DNA of 64,000 bases from Sulfolobales archaeon HS-7 (GTDB lineage Archaea; Thermoproteota; Thermoprotei_A; Sulfolobales; Sulfolobaceae): positions 1,664,001-1,728,000 of the forward strand of contig AP024596.1 in the NCBI GenBank assembly GCA_019704295.1. Direction: 5' to 3'. The notes under the pieces are model-generated. The model saw only the letters and a list, made by a program, of their open reading frames with translations, ran no database searches and had not been told where the DNA came from. The position numbers and the translations under genes were made by a program. Of the stretch, positions 9,705 through 20,131 are shown one piece after another (position 1 is the first letter of the stretch; each line of letters begins with the position of its first letter).

Positions 9705-10244
9705 ATGAAACCTGCTATACTCACCGCAATACTAATAATTGCAATAGCGGGTAATATGATACTAGGGTATCAACTTTACGGATATATACATCCCGAAACT
9801 ATCTCGTCTTCGGGAGCCTTGAACTACTCAGAACTGAACGGAACACAAGCGATTAACGTGACGTCAAGTAGTAACTCGTCCTTTTACTTTAGGTATGAGT
9901 TTACAGTTAAACTCCACCTTCCCCATGAGGGAAAATACTGTATAGTAATAAATCCGACGAATTTCTCCTCACTCGTCCTATTAATCTATTTCCAAAATGG
10001 GAATACTGTTTCGTTATCACTTAACGTAACAAAGGCCCAAATAAGCGTCGATCATAAGGAGAATAAGATAAAGGTTTACATTTACGGAAGGATTAATCAA
10101 CTGCCATCCCTTAAAAAAATAATAAGCTCGCTACACTTGAAATTTGTATACTTAGGTCATGACGATCATAATTCAGATCGGAACAATTCAAAGCTTTCGC
10201 CCCCGAGCCTTACAACAGGTAAACGCGAGAAAAAAAGACCTTAG
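9705..10244 (+). CDS. Secreted or N-anchored beta-rich protein, paralogous to 8269..8754
   Basis: N-terminal hydrophobic helix; shares LxxPxxGxYxI...FS...TVxLSL...A pattern. Confidence 0.65.
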   Translation: MKPAILTAILIIAIAGNMILGYQLYGYIHPETISSSGALNYSELNGTQAINVTSSSNSSFYFRYEFTVKLHLPHEGKYCIVINPTNFSSLVLLIYFQNGNTVSLSLNVTKAQISVDHKENKIKVYIYGRINQLPSLKKIISSLHLKFVYLGHDDHNSDRNNSKLSPPSLTTGKREKKRP

Positions 10245-10257
10245 GTAATCGCTACGT

Positions 10258-11448
10258 TTACTCTCTCCTTATTGCCTCTATTGCGGTTAACTTCGCGGCC
10301 CTCCAAGCGGGGTAGATCCCTGCGATAATGCTCAAAACTAGGGCAACTAAGAACGCTAAAATAATTGACTCTACAGAAATAACGGGATGTATACTGAAGC
10401 CTACCCCTGTACTCCTCCTAGCTGCATGTGCACTACCCCCCAAAAATAAGGGGAATGAATCCGAAAGTGCTATTCCTCCGAGAATTCCTAGAACGCCCCC
10501 AATTAATCCTATCATTATAGCCTCTGCTAGAAAAATACCCAACACGTCATGCGTTTTCATTCCTATCGTTTTCATTATCCCTATTTCCCTGATTCTCTGG
10601 TAGACCTTTGTAAGTTGTGTTGCAGCTATTCCTACACCTCCTACTACAAGAGAGATTGAAGCCGTTCCCGTAAGCAAGATGCCGAGACCTGAGGTTATTG
10701 AGGATACAGTTTGAACTATTTGTTGGACAGTGGTAACGGAAACACTGTTTCCGAGTACCGCAGTAATTACAGATGCTGTCTTATTGACGTCATTCACGGA
10801 ATTCACCTTTACGAATATGGCAGAATACGTGTTTCTATCTAACATGTCCATAGCTGCCTGGAGTGACATAAACACGGATGTTCCAGCATTAGTCAAGGGA
10901 CTGAAACCGGACGGAGAGAGGACGCCCACTACCCTTATAGGTACGGAGTCTGTTGCAGACAGTGAGATTATTACCTCCTCTCCTGGCGATATACTTATTC
11001 CAGGCAAGGGATTCGCCACTTGATAGCCTATAACAGCTACGGGCGCCGATGTTACTGGATAAATGCTCCCTGACGATAGGATGACCTGGCCTAGAAATGC
11101 CGTAAGGTTATTAATACCGATTATCGTAACGGTAGTAAGCTGACCCCCGATCTCCACACTGCCTACCCCTAACACCAGTGGATATACCTGAGTTACATAA
11201 GGAAATGAAAGGATCTCGTCAACTGTTGCTTGAGTTAAAACATGTCCCTCAGTGGGTTGAATAAGAATGGTGCTTGGACCTAACGAATCTATATCAGATA
11301 AAATACTTTTGCTTATTCCCTGAGTGAGGGAAACAAGTCCTACTACTCCACCGATTCCAATTGCTACGGCTAATATAGCAAGGATGGCCACTCCCTTTTT
11401 CGAAGTTAGTCCTCTGAATCCGACCCAGAACATGTCCCCTACGTTCAC
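10258..11448 (-). CDS. MacB/FtsX-type ABC permease
   Basis: One TM, large extracytoplasmic loop, three TMs; RIREIGIMKTIG and GIYPAWRAAKL motifs. Confidence 0.9.
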   Translation of the reverse strand: MNVGDMFWVGFRGLTSKKGVAILAILAVAIGIGGVVGLVSLTQGISKSILSDIDSLGPSTILIQPTEGHVLTQATVDEILSFPYVTQVYPLVLGVGSVEIGGQLTTVTIIGINNLTAFLGQVILSSGSIYPVTSAPVAVIGYQVANPLPGISISPGEEVIISLSATDSVPIRVVGVLSPSGFSPLTNAGTSVFMSLQAAMDMLDRNTYSAIFVKVNSVNDVNKTASVITAVLGNSVSVTTVQQIVQTVSSITSGLGILLTGTASISLVVGGVGIAATQLTKVYQRIREIGIMKTIGMKTHDVLGIFLAEAIMIGLIGGVLGILGGIALSDSFPLFLGGSAHAARRSTGVGFSIHPVISVESIILAFLVALVLSIIAGIYPAWRAAKLTAIEAIRRE

Positions 11449-13649
11449 TTTCTACGCCTCATAAGGAAAACGGCTACCGCAATTATCGCTATTATAACTA
11501 TCAGTAAGATAAGGAGGAAGAAATAATGGTAGTGGCTGTGGGGCTGATTTGCGTGTACGTTTGAGCTAACTGCGGGTGAATACACTGTAAATGGTATATA
11601 TATCTCCTCTTCCTTTACCTGATCCAAACTGTTAGTAAACTTTAGAATTACGGGAATTCTATAAGTTCCTGGTTGCGTGGAATTAAGGAGGGTAAAAGCG
11701 AAGGTGAACGTTGATGGAGAGTCAGGACCTAAATTCCCTACATAATAGGTATTTCCACCAACTATAGGGAACTGTGTTGAGTTGTATGTGGCTAGAAGAC
11801 CTTGAGCTACCCCCGTACCGTAGTTTACAATTGTAGCCGTTAATGAGACAAGGGAACCCGGTGTCGGCGTACTGGGTAGAACTGACACTGAGGAGATTGA
11901 GATATTGATTAGCCCTGCTGAGAGCAGACTTAGGGTTCCGCTCTCTTGCTGTATTTGATCATAAATATTGTAAAACGAGATAGCGTATTGAATTATTACC
12001 GATCCCTCAATTGAGGTATAGACTGTTAGCGGAATTACGACTTTCTGACCTGGATTCAAAACGTCAAGTGAGAACACTGTTGAGTTGAACGACGTTTCCT
12101 GTGAGGAGAGTTGTATGGAGACCGATTTGAGAACCTGGGAACCGTTATTCTCAACAGTAACATATGCACTAGAGATAACGCCAGAAGTTATTTGGAATGG
12201 CGAAAGCGATATTACTACGGGATTCGTCTGGACAATTATTGGTTCTACGTAATATCCTAGGGAGAACTCGCTTTCCCCTTGTCCCGTTAATGTATTGTAC
12301 GTTATTACGATCGGAATTTCTACAGGTTGTTGAGATAGTTCCGATGAGACGTATACGCTAAGGTTTTCCAACACGGACTTTCCTGGAGGTATCTCTGATA
12401 TTTCAGGAAGCTGGGTTATGAATGAAATGCCCTGCACGGGCTGGGGAGTAATAGTGACGTTATAAACCGGGGAGTCTCCCCTGTTGTTTACGTAAAAGGT
12501 GATCTGATTAACCGTCAGAGGTTCAAGGGGTTGTGGATCTCCAGAGATGTTAAGAGTGGCCGTCCCAGTAACAAAAAGGGAAAAGTAAGAGGACTGTGTA
12601 ATGGATTGTACTTCTCCCTCGCCTTCGATTACGTACCAGTTTAAAGAAACTGGAAAGGTAAAATAACCTGGCGTCACGTTCCCCGTATTTACGAAGAACT
12701 CGGCCTGAAGGGGTACTCCCTGCCCCTGACTTGTTAATGTTAACGTTATCGTATCTCCTCCTGAGACATTGGTAAATCCTTCAGGTAGAAACACGTTCAC
12801 ATTAACATAACTCAATGTTGGACCTCCGAGGTAATCTATGACTAGCGATACTGGAATGTGATCTTCGTATGGGCCTACGGAACTCTGTTCGAAATTAGCG
12901 TTCACTATCTTACCAAAAACCGTCAAGTTGTTAGATATTAACACTTCATACGTTGTTGAGTAATTATTTCCCGAATAGCTTAACGTAATAGGCATTTGAT
13001 AGTATCCAAGTGTAGTGTTACTGTAAACGGAAGCTAGAACAGTGAATTGAGACGTACCAAAGGGTGGAATGTTGGTTACGTTGAACTCGTTCTTATAGAA
13101 ACGTATGGGATACGTAGACGTTAGGTATACCGTTAAGTTATTTACCTCATCGCCCTCCAGATTGCTTATCAACATGGTAATAGGCACGTCCTTTTCCCCA
13201 GGATAGAGGGGGGTCTGGGACTCTGCGGATACGGAAAAGGAAATGGTTGAAACTTTGACGGCTATTTGCACCGTTTCGACATAGCCAATGCTATCGTTAA
13301 CAAAATACGTGTAGACCTTAAGGTCGTAAGTACCGCCGGAGATACCTTTACTCACCTCCATTTGAAGGGTAAACGAGAAGTTCTCCCCAGGTGTCATTTC
13401 TGCAGTTTTGAACTCCGGTTGTGTACTGTAGTTGTATAGGAATAGCGGTGATGAGTTAACTGGAACGAAAGTGACGTTATAGATAGGATTAGTACCGATA
13501 TAGGTTATTACAATGGTCAGAGGTATGTTCTTCTGACCAGGATAGGCAACCTGACTTTGAGTATCCCAATAACTGTAACCAGAGAACTTAACTATTCCAG
13601 GAGTTAAACTGAGAAACACAGGACTGACAATTATTAGAATAAGAAACAA
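11445..13649 (-). CDS. COG1361 S-layer-like multi-Ig surface protein with C-terminal membrane anchor
   Basis: Repeated PG...N.G Ig/CARDB-like modules; C-terminal TM followed by RRRK; lies inside an ABC operon. Confidence 0.75.
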   Translation of the reverse strand: MFLILIIVSPVFLSLTPGIVKFSGYSYWDTQSQVAYPGQKNIPLTIVITYIGTNPIYNVTFVPVNSSPLFLYNYSTQPEFKTAEMTPGENFSFTLQMEVSKGISGGTYDLKVYTYFVNDSIGYVETVQIAVKVSTISFSVSAESQTPLYPGEKDVPITMLISNLEGDEVNNLTVYLTSTYPIRFYKNEFNVTNIPPFGTSQFTVLASVYSNTTLGYYQMPITLSYSGNNYSTTYEVLISNNLTVFGKIVNANFEQSSVGPYEDHIPVSLVIDYLGGPTLSYVNVNVFLPEGFTNVSGGDTITLTLTSQGQGVPLQAEFFVNTGNVTPGYFTFPVSLNWYVIEGEGEVQSITQSSYFSLFVTGTATLNISGDPQPLEPLTVNQITFYVNNRGDSPVYNVTITPQPVQGISFITQLPEISEIPPGKSVLENLSVYVSSELSQQPVEIPIVITYNTLTGQGESEFSLGYYVEPIIVQTNPVVISLSPFQITSGVISSAYVTVENNGSQVLKSVSIQLSSQETSFNSTVFSLDVLNPGQKVVIPLTVYTSIEGSVIIQYAISFYNIYDQIQQESGTLSLLSAGLINISISSVSVLPSTPTPGSLVSLTATIVNYGTGVAQGLLATYNSTQFPIVGGNTYYVGNLGPDSPSTFTFAFTLLNSTQPGTYRIPVILKFTNSLDQVKEEEIYIPFTVYSPAVSSNVHANQPHSHYHYFFLLILLIVIIAIIAVAVFLMRRRK

Positions 13650-13654
13650 GCTAG

Positions 13655-14353
13655 CTATTGCCCACTTCGTGTCTCAACACCCTCTATTTTCCCATCCCTT
13701 ATATGTATTATCCTATCACATTTCTTTATCATGTCGGGATCATGAGTTGCCATTACTACAGTAACGTTCCTTTCAACTGAGAGTTGCTTTAGTAGGTTAA
13801 CTATTGCCATTCCAGTTACCGTATCGAGGTTAGCGGTAGGTTCGTCGGCTATTATTATATCTGGATCGTTTACTAACGCCCTAGCTATCGCAACTCTCTG
13901 TTGTTGACCACCAGAGAGCTCGTTAGGTCTCTTATCCTTAAAGTCGAGCATTCCAGGAATGAGGGAGAGAACTTGTATTGCCTTTTCTCTACGTTTCCAG
14001 AACGGAACTCCTGCAGCCGCTAATGGTAGTTCTACATTCTCTAGAGTAGAAAGATAAGATATTAGATTATACGATTGAAACACGAAACCTATTTTCTTGT
14101 TCCTCATGTCGGCCCTTTCGTTTTCGCCCAATTTCGAAACGTCCTTACCGTCAATAATCAGTCTACCGTCAGTAGGATTGTCAAGGAGACCTATTATATC
14201 CAAGAGCGTGGTCTTTCCTGAACCTGAAGGTCCAACTAAGGCCACGAATTCTCCCTTTTCAATTGAGAACGAAACACCTCTTAATGCCTCGTACTCCACC
14301 TTCCTAGTCTTGTACACTTTTCTGATATCTATTCCATTAATTATCGCTGACAT
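13655..14353 (-). CDS. LolD/MacB-type ABC ATPase
   Basis: GPSGSGKT, LSGGQQQR, IIIADEPT, ATHD. Confidence 0.95.
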   Translation of the reverse strand: MSAIINGIDIRKVYKTRKVEYEALRGVSFSIEKGEFVALVGPSGSGKTTLLDIIGLLDNPTDGRLIIDGKDVSKLGENERADMRNKKIGFVFQSYNLISYLSTLENVELPLAAAGVPFWKRREKAIQVLSLIPGMLDFKDKRPNELSGGQQQRVAIARALVNDPDIIIADEPTANLDTVTGMAIVNLLKQLSVERNVTVVMATHDPDMIKKCDRIIHIRDGKIEGVETRSGQ

Positions 14354-14511
14354 ATTTCTTCCTCCTCTACATATCTAGTAATAAACTTGTTCATAGATAT
14401 ATCTTTTAGCAAGCCAAGATCCAAGACGATTACGTCGATGAGATTTTGGTTTCTGGCTGTATTGTACATATGTATAATGAAAAAATCACATTTTAATGAA
14501 TCTATTCTTTC

Positions 14512-15312
14512 TTAGGTTCTGGCTAATATCCCTTTGGCTATTCTGTAGTGAACTGCGTCTACTAGCTGATCATCTACTCTGATTGCACCTTTACCCATAC
14601 TTCTTGCCTTTTCATACGCCTCAATTACCTTATTCGCCCATTCAACTTCCTGTTTTGATGGTGAAAACACCTGATTTGCTATTTCGACCTGAGATGGATG
14701 AATAACCTGCTTACCAATATACCCTAGGCCCTTAGCGATAAGACACTCTGCTCTGAATCCCTCAGCGTCTTTTAAATCAAAGAAGACTCTATCGTAAGGC
14801 TCTATCCCATATGCATGGGCCTTCACCGCAATAACCGTTCTTAAGTAATCGTTTTTCTGATATTGGGATATATCTCCGAAAACTGAAGAGGAGAAGTCGG
14901 CAACGCCGTAGCTAATCATGGTTACACCTTCCGAGGTTATGACCTCATCAATTCTATTCAAGCCCCTAGCCGTCTCTATAAGAACCTCAACCTCCTTAGC
15001 CGTTATTCTGTAAATGAAATCGACTCTTTGTTCCGTTTTAGGTATTACAACGAAGTCAACTCTGTCCAGAGTTCTCACCAGCATAAGATCAATAAGCGAC
15101 TCAGGACTGTCTAGGGAATTGATTCGAATTCCTACCCTCTTTCCATGAAAAGGTAACTCCTTAAGTAGATTTGATACGAGATTCCTCGCATTGCTTTTCT
15201 CCTCAGGAGGAACTGCGTCCTCTAGATCGAATATTATTCCCTGAGATGGTATTAAATCTGCTTTCCTTAGCATTTTCTCGTTATTTCCAGGAACGTAAAG
15301 TTGCGATTTCAT
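14512..15312 (-). CDS. CitE/HpcH-HpaI family CoA-ester lyase
   Basis: LYVPG, FDLEDAV, IETA, GKQVIHPSQ; likely start ATG 15312. Confidence 0.88.
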   Translation of the reverse strand: MKSQLYVPGNNEKMLRKADLIPSQGIIFDLEDAVPPEEKSNARNLVSNLLKELPFHGKRVGIRINSLDSPESLIDLMLVRTLDRVDFVVIPKTEQRVDFIYRITAKEVEVLIETARGLNRIDEVITSEGVTMISYGVADFSSSVFGDISQYQKNDYLRTVIAVKAHAYGIEPYDRVFFDLKDAEGFRAECLIAKGLGYIGKQVIHPSQVEIANQVFSPSKQEVEWANKVIEAYEKARSMGKGAIRVDDQLVDAVHYRIAKGILART

Positions 15313-15559
15313 AGTATGTAGTATGAATTGCTGCAATTTAGTTATTTCCGGCTACTCATTAAAGCGTCGCAAAAATGATAACGAGATATAATTCAGTAAA
15401 AGCAATAGTAAAAGCAATAGAGGGAAATAGAGGATTTCAACCTGTAATAAGGTTGTTCTATTAACGTAAGTTATGTAAAGTATGGAAAGTACTGATTAAA
15501 TTACTTCTGCGACTTACGTAAAGTTAAAAAGGGGGTAATTTACGATATGATAGAAGTAC

Positions 15560-16654
15560 TTGAGAGGATATCAAATTCTTATTTCCAGGCTAGTATACAG
15601 TATAAGCTGGTTTTTCTTAGCACCAGAGATACCGCAATTACTGGAGAAATTTAAGGCACCTCCAAGCATCGCGGGAATAATCCCCTTAAGCTTTTTCGCA
15701 GCCACAGCCGTAATGCAACTACCGTCCGCTCTACTGTCAAGTAAACTAGGCATGAAAAGATCTTACGCATTAGGATTGTCATTCATGGGTCTAGGTGATG
15801 TCCTCATAGGATTTTCGTCATCTACATGGGAACTCCTCCTCTTTTACGTAATAGTAGGAATTGGGGCGTCGTTGTTTTTCTCCTCTGCTGGCGGGACTTT
15901 AGCCCTTCTTAACAAAAGTAACGTAACCCCCATACTAGGTCTTTACAATACCCTTTTTTCGATTGGAGGAGTGGTTGGGGTTTCATGGGGGGTAGTCAGT
16001 TCGGTTCTGGGATTCTCCACGTCCGCCATAGCATTAGGAGTGGTAACATTTCTGTGCGGGTTTTCAACGATGTTAACGGATTATCCGAACGCGATGCCAA
16101 ACATAAGCATAATAAAGAACAGAAATACGATAATTCTAGCGATAGGGACATCAGGCGTGTGGGGAAGTTACTTCACAATTTCCGAGTTGTTCCCCTTTTT
16201 TGAAAACCAAGTATTTATGAGGTCTCCTATAACTGAGGGACTGCTCTCTTCCATCCTTCTCATTTCCTCCTCAATTGGAGGACTATCAACTTTCATAATA
16301 CATAAATGGAGGGTAAGCACTATGACCAAAATAGTAGTTACCGCTATTCTATCAATTTCCCCAACTTTGATGTTATACAGTCAGGTGTATTTGGCCGGTT
16401 TCGTACTAATAGGATTCTTCAACGAACTCTGCCTTTCCCTAATATACGGTTACGTGGTGAGTTTTTCCCCATTAACGAATTCCTCAATTCCTTTAGCCGA
16501 GGTTAACTCAATTCAAATAGGATTGGGTATGATGCTACTTTTATCGTCTTTCTTACCGTTGTCACTTATATGGATAACGGTTGTCGTAATTTCCTTAGCC
16601 GAATTAGCTGTTCTCCTAGCAATAGGCGGAAGTCGTTCTACTTCTTCCTTATAG
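15560..16654 (+). CDS. MFS transporter
   Basis: About 12 hydrophobic helices; MFS-like loop LSSKLGMKR. Confidence 0.8.
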   Translation: MRGYQILISRLVYSISWFFLAPEIPQLLEKFKAPPSIAGIIPLSFFAATAVMQLPSALLSSKLGMKRSYALGLSFMGLGDVLIGFSSSTWELLLFYVIVGIGASLFFSSAGGTLALLNKSNVTPILGLYNTLFSIGGVVGVSWGVVSSVLGFSTSAIALGVVTFLCGFSTMLTDYPNAMPNISIIKNRNTIILAIGTSGVWGSYFTISELFPFFENQVFMRSPITEGLLSSILLISSSIGGLSTFIIHKWRVSTMTKIVVTAILSISPTLMLYSQVYLAGFVLIGFFNELCLSLIYGYVVSFSPLTNSSIPLAEVNSIQIGLGMMLLLSSFLPLSLIWITVVVISLAELAVLLAIGGSRSTSSL

Positions 16655-17924
16655 AGTAAACCGAACGGTTTTGAGCAAGCATACTTGCCTCCATTAACGC
16701 CTCATTAAGAGTGGGATGACTGTGTAAAGTTTCAGATAGGTCCTCAAGCTGAGCACCCATCTCAATAAGCAGTGACGCCTCTCCAGCTAGTTCGGAGGCT
16801 CCCCGACCAGCTGTCTCCACTCCCTTGATAACTCCGTCCTTGTGAAACAGCTTCACTATGGCATTACTTTGGGTTGCTAATGACCATCCTAACGTATTCG
16901 TTCTGAATACGACTTTATCCCCGACAGTACTTCCAACAATAACTATTTCTGGTTCTGTGAAGATCGAAACTGGAATGGCCTTCTGGTCGAAGGCTACCTT
17001 TTGACCGGCTATTATCTCTGCAGCTATAACTCCTTGCTTCATTGCCTTAGATGCGACCATGGGATTTCCGACGACGTCGCCTATCGCATATAAGTGTTCC
17101 GATACTCTAAGCAATTCATCGACTGGCAACTCGTTTATTCCTTGCGGTAAATTAGGTTTCTGTCCTGTCGTAACAATGATCTTCTCCCCCTCTATCTTCT
17201 CCTGTTCAACGATTAACTTATCTCCATCGAAACCATTCGCCCGTTTTGGTACTATTTTTACTCCCATATCCGTCAGAGATTTCTTGGCGAGGGCCGACAG
17301 GTCTGGGTCAACCCCTGGCAGGAAGTCTGGAGACACTATAGTCGTCTGAACTCCAGCCTTTCCTAAAATGGTGGCTATTTCCACACCACTTTGTCCGCCG
17401 CCTACAATTATCGCAGATCCAGGGATTTTCTTTAAAGAGTAAAACCCCCTATAATCCAATAGTTTTTCGCTCTTACCAAAAGTCGGTGGGATGTTCGTTA
17501 CGGACCCAGTTGCTATTATCGCGTCCTTATACCTTATTTCCTCTCCTCCCGCTACTATCTTACCTTGTGATAAAACCCCTTCCCCTTTTATTACCTCAAT
17601 TCCCAAAGTCTTGAACGCAGATTCTATGTTCCCTCTTATCCTATTTGTTACCTCATCCCTTCTTTTGATTACTTCTTCCCAATCAAGTTCTAGTTCTCCC
17701 CTTATCGACTTATTTGATTTTGCCAAAAAAAAGGAATATACGGATTCCCTTATTGCCCTGGCGGGAATACAGGCGAAATTTACGCAGTTTCCGCCTATTA
17801 AATCCTTTTCAATGACAGCAACGGATAGTCCCAAAGACGATGCTCTTATTGCGGCAGAGTATCCCGCTGCACCTCCTCCCATAATAGCTACATCGAATTC
17901 TTCTGGTAGAGAACCCATTACCAT
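16638..17924 (-). CDS. lpdA: Dihydrolipoamide dehydrogenase (E3)
   Basis: GGGAAG, GGNCVNFACIP, HPTLNE; last gene of dehydrogenase operon. Confidence 0.88.
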   Translation of the reverse strand: MVMGSLPEEFDVAIMGGGAAGYSAAIRASSLGLSVAVIEKDLIGGNCVNFACIPARAIRESVYSFFLAKSNKSIRGELELDWEEVIKRRDEVTNRIRGNIESAFKTLGIEVIKGEGVLSQGKIVAGGEEIRYKDAIIATGSVTNIPPTFGKSEKLLDYRGFYSLKKIPGSAIIVGGGQSGVEIATILGKAGVQTTIVSPDFLPGVDPDLSALAKKSLTDMGVKIVPKRANGFDGDKLIVEQEKIEGEKIIVTTGQKPNLPQGINELPVDELLRVSEHLYAIGDVVGNPMVASKAMKQGVIAAEIIAGQKVAFDQKAIPVSIFTEPEIVIVGSTVGDKVVFRTNTLGWSLATQSNAIVKLFHKDGVIKGVETAGRGASELAGEASLLIEMGAQLEDLSETLHSHPTLNEALMEASMLAQNRSVYSIRKK

Positions 17925-19147
17925 TAGAAAAGCACCATTAACTCCGGTTCATTAAGGTACTTCACAAAGGATTCGCCTAACTTGATAGCATCGGCACCAT
18001 CAACAGCCCTGTGATCAAAGCTTATAGAGTAGGGGAGAACTTTGGCGATCTTTATTTCTCCGTTAATGACCCACGGCATATCCCTTATTGGACCCGTGGC
18101 CAGGATTGCTACATTGGGGTAGTTTATCATAGGCACGGAGAGAAGTCCTGAACCAAACGAACCAGGATTGGAGAGAGTGAAAGTGGCTCCCCTCATGTCA
18201 TCTACCGATATTTTCCTCTCCTTAACTTTAGTCACGAGGGCCTTTAATTCCCTGTCAATTGTAACTACTGACTTCTTATCAGAGTCCTTTATTACTACTA
18301 CCCTTAACCCATCTTCAGATTGAACTGCGACTCCCATATTGACGTATGGATACCTAATCACCTCCCCATTGTCGAAATCGTACATGGCGTTAAATTGCGG
18401 GTTCTCCTTCAGTGCAACGCTTAATGCCTTTATCATGAGGGACGTTACAGATATTTTATCACCGGTTAATTTTTCAACCTTATTCCTCACAATTTGATAA
18501 AATTCCCAGAACTTAGTAACATCAACGATGTCCATATGTACGGCTCTTGGGATGCTCCAGGACTTCTGCATATTCTTCGCTATCGTTAACCTTATCTCTG
18601 GGAGTTTCTGAGCACCTGGTTGAACCTCCCTTCTCTGCTCCTTAGTTGTCTCAGGTTTGGTGGTTTCCACCTTTTCTTCCTTTATTACCTCAATAGGCGG
18701 TTTCTTTTTAGATTCGTAGAATCTTCTGACGTCCTCTTCAAGTATTTTTCCGCCCGGTCCGGTGCCCTCGACCTTCGTTAAATCAACTCCAAGTTCTCTG
18801 GCTAACCTTCTTACGGCAGGTGTAGCTATTACTTCCTTTTCCTTTGCAACTTCCTGCTGTGGAGATTGAGTAACCCTTGTCTCCACCTTTCTTTCGGGTT
18901 CTTGTCCTCCTTTAGGAAGTTCGTCTCCTATTACACCTAAAATCTCTCCTACTTTAACCTCAGCGCCCTCTTGTAAGGCAATCTTTATTTTTCCCCTTCC
19001 AGGGGACGGTAACGTAACTACAGCCTTATCCGTTTCAACTTCTACCAATGGCTGATCCTCTTTAACCTCGTCTCCATCCTTGACTAACCACTTAACTATC
19101 CTCCCCTCAGTTATTCCCTCCCCGACATCGGGAAACTTAAACTCCAT
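17924..19147 (-). CDS. pdhC: Dihydrolipoamide acyltransferase (E2)
   Basis: Lipoyl ETDKA, E3-binding ATPAVRRLARE, catalytic DHRAVDG. Confidence 0.92.
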   Translation of the reverse strand: MEFKFPDVGEGITEGRIVKWLVKDGDEVKEDQPLVEVETDKAVVTLPSPGRGKIKIALQEGAEVKVGEILGVIGDELPKGGQEPERKVETRVTQSPQQEVAKEKEVIATPAVRRLARELGVDLTKVEGTGPGGKILEEDVRRFYESKKKPPIEVIKEEKVETTKPETTKEQRREVQPGAQKLPEIRLTIAKNMQKSWSIPRAVHMDIVDVTKFWEFYQIVRNKVEKLTGDKISVTSLMIKALSVALKENPQFNAMYDFDNGEVIRYPYVNMGVAVQSEDGLRVVVIKDSDKKSVVTIDRELKALVTKVKERKISVDDMRGATFTLSNPGSFGSGLLSVPMINYPNVAILATGPIRDMPWVINGEIKIAKVLPYSISFDHRAVDGADAIKLGESFVKYLNEPELMVLF

Positions 19148-19153
19148 AGTGAT

Positions 19154-20131
19154 TCACGCAGACATAAGTTTGTCTAGTCCTTTTTCAATTCTCCTCTCAT
19201 CCGGTATGTAATAGTCTTCGTAACCAGGGAACGGGTAAGGAATACTGGGTGACGCAATTCTCACGATAGGAGCCTCGAGGCTGTATATAGCTTTCTCTGA
19301 GATCCTAGCAGCGATTTCCGCCCCTACGCCGAAACTTAAAGGTGCTTGATGTACGATCATAACCCTGCCAGTTTTCTTAACACTATCAAGGATAGTCTTT
19401 TCGTCGAGGGGAACTATGCTTCTTAGGTCAATAACCTCTGCATCAACTTTCTTCTTATCAACCACTTTCAGGACATCAGGAACAGTGGGACCATATGTCA
19501 CTATCGTAACCTCATTTCCTTTTCTAAGAATGTTGGCCCTTCCAATCGGGACTTCGTAGGGTTCTTCGGGTATTTCCTCTCTAAATAACCTGTAAAGCTT
19601 TAAGGGTTCGAGAAATATAACCGGATCATTTAACCTTGACGCGGATATCAAAAGCCCCTTCGCATCATAAGGAGTGGAGGGTTCGAGTATTATTAACCCC
19701 TGAGAATAGGCGTAGTAAGTCTCAGGGTTTTCTGAATGTATCTCAAGCGCTTTTACACCCCCTCCTGAGGGCATTCTCACCACCATGGGTAGGAAAAAGG
19801 AGGATCTGCTCCTCGATCTGTACCTAGCTGCGTGGGAAACAAGTTGATTGAAACTGACGTAACTAAACCCGGCGAACTGGATCTCTGGAAACGGATGTAA
19901 TCCCATTAATGCCAGACCTATGCTCATTCCAATAATTGTTGATTCCGCGAGAGGAGTGTCAATTACCCTATGTTCTCCGTACTTCTGTTTAAGTCCTGTA
20001 GTAACTCTGAAAACCCCTCCTTCTGTACCAACGTCCTCTCCAAGAATTACAGCCCTTTCGTCCCTGTCCATGATTATGTTCAAAGCGTTATTAAGGGCTT
20101 CAACCATGTTAGCCTTCATTCCCATCACCAA
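19154..20131 (-). CDS. pdhB: 2-oxoacid dehydrogenase E1 beta
   Basis: GEDVG, GGVFR, DTPLAE, EIQF. Confidence 0.92.
   Translation of the reverse strand: MVMGMKANMVEALNNALNIIMDRDERAVILGEDVGTEGGVFRVTTGLKQKYGEHRVIDTPLAESTIIGMSIGLALMGLHPFPEIQFAGFSYVSFNQLVSHAARYRSRSRSSFFLPMVVRMPSGGGVKALEIHSENPETYYAYSQGLIILEPSTPYDAKGLLISASRLNDPVIFLEPLKLYRLFREEIPEEPYEVPIGRANILRKGNEVTIVTYGPTVPDVLKVVDKKKVDAEVIDLRSIVPLDEKTILDSVKKTGRVMIVHQAPLSFGVGAEIAARISEKAIYSLEAPIVRIASPSIPYPFPGYEDYYIPDERRIEKGLDKLMSA

Noticed and set aside
14412-14458. Imperfect hairpin upstream of the ABC operon as a possible H/ACA RNA
   Set aside because: No ACA box at the stem base and no convincing guide pocket
15395-15418. 12-bp tandem duplication AGTAAAAGCAAT
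   Set aside because: Two adjacent copies with no spacer; consistent with slippage, not CRISPR
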